A stretch of DNA of 52,228 nucleotides from Anaerolineae bacterium (lineage in GTDB: Bacteria; Chloroflexota; Anaerolineae; B4-G1; DUEL01). The translations under genes and the position numbers were made by a program. The notes under the pieces are model-generated. The model saw only the letters and a program-made list of their open reading frames with translations, had not been told where the DNA came from and ran no database searches. Each line of letters begins with the position of its first letter. The stretch's first letter is position 1. The stretch is taken from NCBI GenBank assembly GCA_034435295.1, contig DAOTYD010000072.1, positions 1-52,228 of the forward strand, in the 5' to 3' direction. Of this stretch, positions 44,295 through 51,953 are shown piece after piece.

Positions 44295-45522
44295 CGAGTT
44301 CAGCACCTTCGGACGTGACCCTTTCGAAGGCATGGAGTGGCCCTTCGAGCCAGGGGAGCCGCCGCCAGCCGGGCCTGCGGCGGTCGGCACCCCTGCGCCA
44401 GTTGGCCGCCTGCGCGGCAAAGGGGTCTGGCTGTTCGACTCGGGCGACGTCGACATGGCGATCGAGATGGCCCTGGCCATCGGCGCGACGCACGTCTTTT
44501 ATCGCGCTGGCCACCGCGGCATGTTCTTTGTCGATGCGACGCGGCGAGTCTGCGCGCGCCTGCAACAGGCAGGGCTGGTGCCCTTTGCCTGGTTCCAGGC
44601 CCGCTGCGACGATCCCAACGCCGAGGCGGCGCTGGTCACCAAGTCGCTGCGGGCGGGCTGCCAGGGCGTCGTCCTGGAGGTGGGGCCTTTGGCAGCAGGA
44701 AAGACGGTGGGCGCGGCTGCCCTCGGCCGCCGGCTGGGCGAGGCCGGCGTAGACCCCGAACAGCTCTACTACGCCTCGCTGCCCAACATCTGGCAGCACC
44801 TGGACCTTCCCTACCGCGAGATGAACGCGTTTTGCCAGGGCGGCTTTATGCCCCAGTGTTTCCCCAGCCACGGGCGCACGCCGCGCACGGTGATCGGCAA
44901 GTGGGCCTATGGCGAACACGCCCGCTGGTCTGCCGAGTGGGGCGGCATGCCGCCGCTCTACCCGGTGCTGGCAGCGCACAAGGATGAGCGCGGCACGCCG
45001 CTGAGCGCGCCCGAGTTCGTGGAGTGGGCCGAGGCGCTGGCGGCCTATGATCCGCCCTTCTTCAGCGTCTATCACACCCGCACCACACCTTCCGAGCTGT
45101 GGGCGATCCTGGCGTCGATGGGCAGGCCGCCGGCAGCGCCAGCCGAAGCCGTTCAGCCGCCGTCGGTCGTCGAGGTCGTGCCGCCGCCCATTGAAGCCGT
45201 CCTGCCGCCGCCGCCCGTGGAGGCCCGCCCGGCGCCACTCGCGGCGCCCGTCGAGAGCGAGCCGGCGCCAACGCGCGCGCCTGCCACTGCCGCCCCCGCA
45301 CCGCGACCTGCCGCTGCGCCGCCCCCGGCTCCCGCGGCGGCCGCCGAGCCCGCTGTTGTCTACCACCAGGTCACAGTCAACGACTCGGTGTGGAACATCT
45401 GCGAGCGCTATGGCATCAGCCGCGACCAGTTCTGGGAGTGGAACGGTCACCTGTGGGACGAGCACGGCCTGCCCCGCGACGGCCTCTATATGCAGGAAGG
45501 CTGGCGGCTGCGGGTGGGATAG
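44287..45522 (+). CDS. Hypothetical protein: unassigned about 270-aa N-terminal domain (possibly TIM-barrel/glycosidase-like), Pro/Ala-rich linker, C-terminal LysM domain
   Basis: The C-terminus YHQVTVNDSVWNICERYGISRDQFWEWNG...GWRLRV fits LysM. The start overlaps the ParA stop by 8 nt. Confidence 0.55.
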   Translation: MDNEFSTFGRDPFEGMEWPFEPGEPPPAGPAAVGTPAPVGRLRGKGVWLFDSGDVDMAIEMALAIGATHVFYRAGHRGMFFVDATRRVCARLQQAGLVPFAWFQARCDDPNAEAALVTKSLRAGCQGVVLEVGPLAAGKTVGAAALGRRLGEAGVDPEQLYYASLPNIWQHLDLPYREMNAFCQGGFMPQCFPSHGRTPRTVIGKWAYGEHARWSAEWGGMPPLYPVLAAHKDERGTPLSAPEFVEWAEALAAYDPPFFSVYHTRTTPSELWAILASMGRPPAAPAEAVQPPSVVEVVPPPIEAVLPPPPVEARPAPLAAPVESEPAPTRAPATAAPAPRPAAAPPPAPAAAAEPAVVYHQVTVNDSVWNICERYGISRDQFWEWNGHLWDEHGLPRDGLYMQEGWRLRVG

Positions 45523-45523
45523 C

Positions 45524-45552
45524 TTGAAAGCACAGCCGTTTTGTGCTATGAT
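45524..45552 (+). promoter_or_regulatory. Promoter TTGAAA-N17-TATGAT
   Basis: ttgaaa at 45524-45529, a 17-nt spacer, and tatgat at 45547-45552, about 30 nt upstream of the ATG at 45583. Confidence 0.6.
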
Positions 45553-45582
45553 TCGCCCACTCTGAACATACGAGGCTGACGG

Positions 45583-45942
45583 ATGTATCCAGAAAGTGAG
45601 ATTCTGTTTCCGCCGCGTTGCATCCCGCTCCTGCGCGACCTGCGCGGCAAGGAGTGGGCCGCGCTGATCGACCGCCTGAGCGCCCTGCCCGACGAGCACG
45701 AGGACGTGCTGGCGTTCTCGCTGATGATGATCAACATGAGCAGTTGCCTGACCTGCGACCTGGATTCCTACCGCGCGTCGCTGGGCTGCTGCACCTGCGC
45801 CCGCCGCACCGTCGGCGGCTTTAAGGGATCGGACGCCGAGACGATGGCGCTCTTCGAGGGCGCCCGCGAGCAGGTGCGGGCCTACCTGGCCCAGGGCAAC
45901 CTCCCGCCAGGGGTGGCGGCGCTCGTCGGCGCGGCGAAATAG
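45583..45942 (+). CDS. Hypothetical small Cys-rich protein
   Basis: 119 aa with a CLTC-x11-CCTC motif. RBS gagg is present and codon usage is consistent with neighbours. No family was recognised. Confidence 0.45.
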   Translation: MYPESEILFPPRCIPLLRDLRGKEWAALIDRLSALPDEHEDVLAFSLMMINMSSCLTCDLDSYRASLGCCTCARRTVGGFKGSDAETMALFEGAREQVRAYLAQGNLPPGVAALVGAAK

Positions 45943-45954
45943 AGCGCCGTAACC

Positions 45955-47664
45955 GTGCACAAATCCGCCGCCAGACTGCTGAGCTGCCTGCTCCTCCTGA
46001 CGCTCGCTGGCTGCACAGCCAACCCCCTCTTTGCCTGGACGGGCGAGGACGACCTGAGCAGCCAGCTCTACGGCCTGTTCCAACTGGCGGGCAATCCCCT
46101 GCGCCCCCAGCCGCGCACCGCCCGCTACTCCCCCGTCGACAACGCCGGGGTCAATCCCTTTGGCATCAACGTCTTTCTCGAACAAGAGGTCGAGCCGGAG
46201 AAGCGGGCGCAGACGCTGCAGATGATCGCCGCGGCTGGCTTCCACTGGATCCGCCAGGAGTTCCCCTGGGAGGACATCGAGATCCACGGGCGGGGCGATT
46301 TCGTCGACCGGCGCAACGATCTGGACGGCGACGGTCAGGCCGACGCCGTGGACGCCTGGGCCAAGTACGACCAGATCGTCGCCCTGGCCGAGGAATATAG
46401 GCTGGAGATCATCGCCCGCCTGAGCAACCCTCCGGCCTGGTCGCGCGCCGACGGCAACGAGCGCGGCACCTACGCCCCGCCCGATGACCTGAACGACTAT
46501 GGCAACTATGTCCACACCGTCGCCGCGCGCTACCGTGGCCGCATCCGCTACTACCAGGTCTGGAACGAACCCAACATCTACCCCGAATGGGGGGAGCAGC
46601 CGGTCGACCCGGAGGCCTACACCGAACTGCTCTGCCTGGCCTATCGGCGGATCAAGGAGGCTGACCCGCAGGCAGTGGTCATCAGCGGCGCGCTGGCGCA
46701 GACGATCGAGCTGAGCGGGCGCGATCTGAACGACCTGATCTTTTTGCAGCGCATGTACGACGCCGGGGCAGCGGACTGTTTCGACGTCCTGGCCGTCAAC
46801 GCCTATCTGCTCTGGTCCGGCCCCACCGACCGCCGCCTGCAGCCGCTTTATGTCAACTACAGCCGCCCGCTCTACCTGCGCGACATCATGGTCGCCAACG
46901 GCGATGCCCACAAGCCCATCTGGATCAGCGAGATGAACGCCAACGCCGTGCCCAACGACCCCGCCATCCGCGGCCTGGGCAGCTATGGACAGGTCACCCT
47001 GGAGCAACAGGCCCGCTACGTCCCCCTGGCCTACCAGCGAGCGATGGAAGAGTGGCCCTGGGTCGGCGTGGTCAGTTTCTGGTTCTTCAAGCGGGCCTCC
47101 GACACCGAGCGGGACCAGTCGTGGTACTATTTCCGCATGGCCGAGCCGGATTTCACGCCCATGCCTGTCTACGAGTCCATGCGCGCCTACATCGCCAGCG
47201 TCACACCGACCCTCTACCCCGGCGTGCACCAGGAGAGCCACTGGGCGCTGGCTTACGAAGGGGAGTGGGAGACCGTAGGGGACGAGCGGGCTGTGCTGGG
47301 CGCTTTTCGTCGCGCCCGCGCCGGGGCGGCGGTCGCCTTTCTGTTCGAAGGGCAGCAGCTCGTGCTCGATCCCGGGCCCGTGCAGGGCGCGATCGAGGTG
47401 ACGATCGACGACGGGCGGCCACGGCGCATCGTGCTGGATGGGCAGCCGGTGCGCCTCTACAGCGGCTGGCGGACGGCGCGCCATCAGGTGCGCATCGTGG
47501 TGAGGGAGGGCAGCGCCGGCATCGACAGCCTCACCGTCCGCCGGCCGGATGGAGGCCGATGGGCGCTGTTGGGCATCGGCCTGCTCGTCCTGGGCGGGCT
47601 GATTTACGCGGCGCGGCGCCAGCGCCGCTCGGCGGGGCGGCCGTCGCCGACGCGCAGGGCATAG
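45955..47664 (+). CDS. Lipoprotein, clan GH-A-like TIM-barrel glycoside hydrolase with C-terminal TM anchor
   Basis: GTG start. The lipobox is LLLTLAGC. The candidate acid/base is YYQVWNEPN and the candidate nucleophile IWISEMN. The family is not assigned. Confidence 0.6.
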   Translation: MHKSAARLLSCLLLLTLAGCTANPLFAWTGEDDLSSQLYGLFQLAGNPLRPQPRTARYSPVDNAGVNPFGINVFLEQEVEPEKRAQTLQMIAAAGFHWIRQEFPWEDIEIHGRGDFVDRRNDLDGDGQADAVDAWAKYDQIVALAEEYRLEIIARLSNPPAWSRADGNERGTYAPPDDLNDYGNYVHTVAARYRGRIRYYQVWNEPNIYPEWGEQPVDPEAYTELLCLAYRRIKEADPQAVVISGALAQTIELSGRDLNDLIFLQRMYDAGAADCFDVLAVNAYLLWSGPTDRRLQPLYVNYSRPLYLRDIMVANGDAHKPIWISEMNANAVPNDPAIRGLGSYGQVTLEQQARYVPLAYQRAMEEWPWVGVVSFWFFKRASDTERDQSWYYFRMAEPDFTPMPVYESMRAYIASVTPTLYPGVHQESHWALAYEGEWETVGDERAVLGAFRRARAGAAVAFLFEGQQLVLDPGPVQGAIEVTIDDGRPRRIVLDGQPVRLYSGWRTARHQVRIVVREGSAGIDSLTVRRPDGGRWALLGIGLLVLGGLIYAARRQRRSAGRPSPTRRA

Positions 47665-48344
47665 GCGCGCAGGCGCTTCCCCATTTCTTCCACGTCAGGC
47701 CAAAAAGAGCTGATCTGCGAGCGGTAGCAGGCCACCGCTTCGCTCCTGGCGGTCAGCGCCTCTTCATCCAGCAGGACGAGCTCTGCCGTCCAGCCCGGCC
47801 CCACCACTGTCTCGACCGCTGACGGATCCTCGGCGTAGGGATACTCTTCGTAGAAAACGAGGGCCCGGCCGCTCGCCTCGGCTGCCCGGCGCAGCAGGCG
47901 GTGGTCGACATGGCTGCCGGCGCCCAGCGGCGCATAGAGCGCGTCGGCTGTTGGCAGGGCGGCGATCCGCTGCGCCAGCGGTTCGACCAGCCTTTCGTCG
48001 GCCGGGTGGATGGCCCCCCACAGCGCCTCGTAGCCGGCATAGAGCGGCGCGTCGGCCGCGTCGCAGCGGTAGATGCAGTCGGGCAGTTCCCAGTGCAGGG
48101 CGACCGCTCCCAGCCGCGCCAGGGCGGCCAGGTCCTCTGCCCGCCGGGCGGCTGGGGCGTCGTCGCCCAGCTCCCAGCGCTGGTGCAAGGCCCGAGCGAA
48201 GGGCGAGAGCGGCCCGGGCGGGTCACCGGCAAAGACAGTGACCACCCAGACGCGGCTGCCCGTCCGCGTCTGCAGCGCGATCTGCCCGCCGCAGGAGAGC
48301 GCAGCGTCGTCCAGATGAGGGGAGAGGTAGACAAAGTGTGCCAT
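47604..48344 (-). CDS. PIG-L/LmbE-family N-acetylglucosaminyl deacetylase
   Basis: The N-terminus MAHFVYLSPHLDDAALSCGG is the family signature, with a downstream HVDH. Confidence 0.8.
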   Translation of the reverse strand: MAHFVYLSPHLDDAALSCGGQIALQTRTGSRVWVVTVFAGDPPGPLSPFARALHQRWELGDDAPAARRAEDLAALARLGAVALHWELPDCIYRCDAADAPLYAGYEALWGAIHPADERLVEPLAQRIAALPTADALYAPLGAGSHVDHRLLRRAAEASGRALVFYEEYPYAEDPSAVETVVGPGWTAELVLLDEEALTARSEAVACYRSQISSFWPDVEEMGKRLRAYALRVGDGRPAERRWRRAA

Positions 48345-48354
48345 GGGGAAGATT

Positions 48355-48420
48355 CTCGCTTCTCGCTTCTCGCTTATCGCTTATCGCGTATCGCGTATCG
48401 CGTATCGCGTATCGCGTATT
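48355..48420. repeat. Heptamer tandem repeat (ctcgctt x3, atcgctt x1, atcgcgt x5) flanked by a 30-34 bp direct duplication
   Basis: The repeat was read directly. The flanks 48321-48354 and 48421-48450 are identical except for a 4-nt indel (gaca), and both contain the ccat that is the PIG-L start codon. Confidence 0.9.
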
Positions 48421-48490
48421 GGAGAGGTAAAGTGTGCCATGGGGAAGATTATACCGCAAATCGGGCGCAGGGACATCTCTGCCTTTCTGG

Positions 48491-48731
48491 GCGCGGACGT
48501 CCCGTCCGCCGCCCTGGGAGCGCGGATGTCCCGTCCGCCGCCCTGGGAGCGCGGACGTCCCGTCCGCCGCCCTGGGAGCGCGGACGTCCCGTCCGCGCCG
48601 TCCGCGCTGCCGGCGGGCGGGGACGCCCGCGATCCCAGGAAACAGGGACGTCCCGTCCGCCGCCCTGGGAGCGCGGACGTCCCGTCCGCGCTGTCCGCGC
48701 TGCGGCGGGCGGGGACGCCCGCGATCCCAGG
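48491..48731. repeat. 29-nt head-to-tail tandem repeat (about 3.6 copies) ending in two long imperfect hairpins
   Basis: The unit gcgcggacgtcccgtccgccgccctggga starts at 48491, 48520, 48549 and 48578. Hairpins cctgggagcgcggacgtcccgtccgc / gcgggcggggacgcccgcgatcccagg lie at about 48571-48638 and about 48663-48731. Confidence 0.85.
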
Positions 48732-48778
48732 CCAGGGAACGCGGATGTGCCGTTCATAGCAGAATGCGCGGCAGGTGA

Positions 48779-48807
48779 TTCGCACATTCCAGCAATCGAT
48801 GTATAAT
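48779..48807 (+). promoter_or_regulatory. Promoter candidate TTCGCA-N17-TATAAT
   Basis: tataat at 48802-48807. This placement argues against the TTG at 48809 as the start codon. Confidence 0.4.
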
Positions 48808-48835
48808 CTTGTTATCATTCGGGGAGTATGCCGCT

Positions 48836-49660
48836 TTGTCGATCGTACGTGCCCTGATCCCCTACCTGCGCTGGGGAGCCATCGCGCTATTTGGCTTGGC
48901 TGCAGTAGCCCTGACGGTAGGCGTGCTCTACTTCCGGCGCGCCCGCCGCGCGCCCTACTATGTGCTGCGCGAAACGGCGCGCCGCCGTGGGGTGATTTGG
49001 TCAGCAGTGGCCTTGGGTTTGCTGCTCGTCGGGGCGCTTCTGTCACTGCTGCGGGCCATCGTTCCTGCGCCGGTTGTGGTCGCGCCGACGCAGCCTTCAC
49101 CCACAGAGACGGCCACGGCCGTTGTCCCGCCGACGCTGGCCCTCACCGTCATGCCGACGGCGACGCCGACGCCTATGCCTACCGCCACGGCGACACGCCG
49201 TCCTACGGCCACACCGCCGCTCATCCCCACGCCGACCCCTGCTGTCCCCCTGCCGGCAGACGCCGTGGCGCGCCTGCCGGACGCCGTTCCCGCCCCTGCC
49301 GATGCCCGCATCACCTTCATCGCCTTTGCCACCGAGGAGCGCAACGGCGCGCCGGTCGATCCCGGCGTCGAGTTTGCGCCAGGCGACCACCGCGTCTATT
49401 TCTTTTTCCAGTACGAGGGCATGACAAGAGGCGTCACCTGGACCTATCGCTGGTGCACAAACGGCGAATGCAGCGATGGATTGACGTGCCTGTGGGGCAT
49501 TCGCCAGGGTGAGTGTCCCGTTGTTTCGACCGCTTCCGGCAGCACCTATCTCTTCTTCAAGCCCATCAATGGCTACCAGCCCGGCCTCTACGAGGTCCGC
49601 GTCTGGATCGAAGACCGCCTGCAGGTCGCCGAGCCGTTTGTCATCCGCCAGACGCCTTGA
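48836..49660 (+). CDS. Hypothetical membrane protein with PT-rich linker and C-terminal beta-rich domain
   Basis: Two TM segments, a TPTATP-type linker, and a Cys-containing C-terminal domain. The TTG at 48836, preceded by ggggag, is preferred and the start is uncertain (the ORF-track start is 48809). Confidence 0.5.
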   Translation: MSIVRALIPYLRWGAIALFGLAAVALTVGVLYFRRARRAPYYVLRETARRRGVIWSAVALGLLLVGALLSLLRAIVPAPVVVAPTQPSPTETATAVVPPTLALTVMPTATPTPMPTATATRRPTATPPLIPTPTPAVPLPADAVARLPDAVPAPADARITFIAFATEERNGAPVDPGVEFAPGDHRVYFFFQYEGMTRGVTWTYRWCTNGECSDGLTCLWGIRQGECPVVSTASGSTYLFFKPINGYQPGLYEVRVWIEDRLQVAEPFVIRQTP

Positions 49661-49674
49661 AGATCCTAAAGGTC

Positions 49675-49702
49675 TTGTGCACGACAAAAATCAGGGTATA
49701 AT
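49675..49702 (+). promoter_or_regulatory. Promoter TTGTGC-N16-TATAAT
   Basis: ttgtgc at 49675-49680 and tataat at 49697-49702, upstream of the GNAT gene. Confidence 0.5.
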
Positions 49703-49750
49703 CAGTTTTGTAAAGGGCATAATGGAAGCAGAGGCTTGGAGACAGAATCG

Positions 49751-50254
49751 ATGGCCCAGGTTGCAGAAATCCGCGTTCGGCGCGCTCGACCCTCTGACGC
49801 AGAGCAGATCGCTGCTTTCGTGAACCAGGTCCGCCCCCAGGGGCCAGCGGTGACCCGTGAGGCTGTGCTACAACGGCTGGGGGTGGTCGGCTTTCTTATC
49901 GCCGAGGTGGAGCAAGAAATCGTCGGCTTGCTGGGGTGGCAGGTGGAAAATCTGGTCGTGCGGGTGGCCGATTTTCTGATCTACCCCCATCGCTATCGGG
50001 TCAGCGCGGGGCGCGCTCTGCTGAACGAGATGGAAAAGGCGGCGCAAGAACTGCAGGCCGAGGCAGCCATCTTGTTCATGCCGGCCAACACGCCGCAGGA
50101 AGTCATCGAGTTCTGGGAAGCCTTCGGTTATGGGTTCAGAGAAGTGGCCAGCCTGCCCAAAGCCTGGCGGGAGGCCGCTCGCGAGGCCAACCCCGCTGCA
50201 GAGTGGGTTGTGCTCAAACAACTGCGTGCCGACCGCGTGGTCAGGCCGCTCTAG
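49751..50254 (+). CDS. GNAT-family N-acetyltransferase
   Basis: IRVRRARPSDAEQIAAFV.., the acetyl-CoA-binding region R.SAGRALLNEMEKAA, and FWEAFGY. The ATG at 49751 follows ggaga. Confidence 0.65.
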   Translation: MAQVAEIRVRRARPSDAEQIAAFVNQVRPQGPAVTREAVLQRLGVVGFLIAEVEQEIVGLLGWQVENLVVRVADFLIYPHRYRVSAGRALLNEMEKAAQELQAEAAILFMPANTPQEVIEFWEAFGYGFREVASLPKAWREAAREANPAAEWVVLKQLRADRVVRPL

Positions 50255-50278
50255 GCTCTGTGGATGCGCGAGGTGAGT

Positions 50279-50497
50279 ATGGCGGTGCTGATGAACTGGA
50301 TGAAACGGCATCCTCGCCTGACCGCCTGGTTTGTCCTGGCGGTGGGCATGGTCGTGATCCTGATCTTTTCGGCGCGTAACGTGGGGCTGGAAGTGAGCCA
50401 ATGGATTGCGCTGATCGTCGCCACCATCGGCCTGGCCGGCCTGTGCGTCTGGATCATCGGCTGGGAAGACGAGGACACAGAAAAAGCCCAGCCATAG
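50279..50497 (+). CDS. Small two-TM membrane protein, hypothetical
   Basis: MAVLMNWMKRHPRLTAWFVLAVGMVVILIF...WIALIVATIGLAGLCVWIIGW. RBS gaggtga is present. An in-frame ATG at 50264 is also possible. Confidence 0.45.
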   Translation: MAVLMNWMKRHPRLTAWFVLAVGMVVILIFSARNVGLEVSQWIALIVATIGLAGLCVWIIGWEDEDTEKAQP

Positions 50498-50502
50498 AGC
50501 CA

Positions 50503-50531
50503 AACGGCCCCTGTTAGAAACAGGCGCCGTT
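50503..50531. terminator. Bidirectional terminator-like hairpin between convergent genes
   Basis: aacggcccctgt (50503-50514), loop tagaa, acaggcgccgtt (50520-50531), with 11 of 12 bp paired. Confidence 0.5.
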
Positions 50532-50550
50532 GACATGTGCCTTGTTCTCC

Positions 50551-51543
50551 TCAATACCAGGGGACGAAAAAGGTCTCGGCCGTCAAAGTGCGCCCGTCGG
50601 GCGTCACAACCGTCACATTGATGAGGATTTTGCGCCCCACCAGCAGCGAGTCGAAGGAAAAAGTTGTGCTGGCAATGCCACGTTGGTCTGACGGCCCCGC
50701 TGGATAAACCACTGTCCCCCATGGAAAGTACACCGTCACCGTTGCTGTGACGCCTTCAACGGGCTGGCGGTTGCTGTCGACCAGATAGACAAAGACAGTT
50801 TGCTCCCCTTCACGTCCAGTGATCATGCTACGGACATAGGCCGAAATGCGCGCCAGGTTGGCCGAAGTCTGAGGGCGGGGTGGTTCTGGCTCAGGCACCA
50901 GGTACTCTGGCGGGACCATCGACAGGAACTGTACCCCCAGAGAGCCCAAGACGACCCGGTCATCCCGCGGGCGTTCGGCATGCCACTCCATCCGCGCGCG
51001 CTGGAAATACTGCACAACGCGGTTGTTTTCTATGAACGGTTCCGTGATCGGATAGCCAAAGATATCCAGGGCGCCATTGTTGTCGTAAAAGGTCAGAAAA
51101 GCGAACGAGACCACATGGCCCGTTTCGGGAAAATAGCGGCGGAGGGGGTTGCCCAAGGGGACCTGGTTGCTGGGAATGGGCGGCATGCGCATCCCCAGTT
51201 CTTCCCCTAACAGGCCAAGCTGGACCCTGTAGGGTTCGGGGTTAGAGGGGTGCCACTCCATCCGCACGTTGTCGAAATACTGCACCCAAAGACCCAGCCT
51301 GGCATCGTAATAGAGACGCGAGCGCGGATAACCAAAGATGCGATAGCCACCGCGGGCGTTGTAGAAATCCAGAAAGGGCCCCCTGACAACGAACCCTGTC
51401 TGGGGAAAGCGTTGATTCGGCTCATCAGGAGGAGGCGGAGGTTGCTGCCGCAGCATGGCCCCTGCGGGAGAGGAGAGAACAGCGGCAAGGAAAATGATGC
51501 CAATGACACAGCTCAGTAGCAGCTTGCGTGCTGACGATTTCAT
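50551..51543 (-). CDS. Secreted hypothetical protein with two LGFP-like internal repeats and a C-terminal Ig-like/beta domain
   Basis: A signal/TM segment LLLSCVIGIIFLAAVLSSPAGA. The duplicated module is F..FY...GG..IFGYP......VQYF...RMEWH (aa about 45-115 and 140-210). Confidence 0.55.
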   Translation of the reverse strand: MKSSARKLLLSCVIGIIFLAAVLSSPAGAMLRQQPPPPPDEPNQRFPQTGFVVRGPFLDFYNARGGYRIFGYPRSRLYYDARLGLWVQYFDNVRMEWHPSNPEPYRVQLGLLGEELGMRMPPIPSNQVPLGNPLRRYFPETGHVVSFAFLTFYDNNGALDIFGYPITEPFIENNRVVQYFQRARMEWHAERPRDDRVVLGSLGVQFLSMVPPEYLVPEPEPPRPQTSANLARISAYVRSMITGREGEQTVFVYLVDSNRQPVEGVTATVTVYFPWGTVVYPAGPSDQRGIASTTFSFDSLLVGRKILINVTVVTPDGRTLTAETFFVPWY

Positions 51544-51622
51544 GGTTCACCCCAACCTGCCAAGAACCTCATTGCTGCCATTTATTCATTATACTCGATT
51601 TTCTCTCCTATAGCAATGGGCA

Positions 51623-51690
51623 AAAACGGCTAATCGCTTATCGCATATCGCTTATCGCTTATCGCTTGTCGCTTGTCGCTTGTCGCATAA
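51623..51690. repeat. Heptamer tandem repeat (atcgctt/atcgcat x5, gtcgctt x2, gtcgcat)
   Basis: Read directly. It shares the unit family with 4899-5009 and 48355-48420. A partial inverted copy cagcgataagcgat is at about 51917-51930. Confidence 0.85.
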
Positions 51691-51953
51691 TCGGCAAAGT
51701 GCGGAGATTGCGCCCAAACCTGCGGGAGGGCAGGCGGTTACACCAAGAGCTGTTCATCTCTACAAAATATAGAGAAAATCTGGCTATTTGGCAAAGTTCT
51801 GATAGGGAAAGGTAAAAACTCTCAATCAGGCATGCTCTGGCCTGGGTGTTCCGCTCAAACCTGCGGCGGTGGATATTTGCAGCTCATCGCTTATTGCATC
51901 ATCGGCAAAGCGTGTACGAGGGTCAGCGATAAGCGATCATGTCTTCAGCCGCT

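Noticed and set aside
45100-45350. Possible DNA repeat underlying the Pro/Ala-rich segment of the LysM protein
   Set aside because: No clear nucleotide periodicity was found. It looks like a compositionally biased linker, not a tandem-repeat element.
48491-48731. Possible CRISPR array, because of the regular 29-nt repeats
   Set aside because: The repeats are directly adjacent with no spacers. They grade into palindromic hairpins, and no cas genes or leader are nearby.
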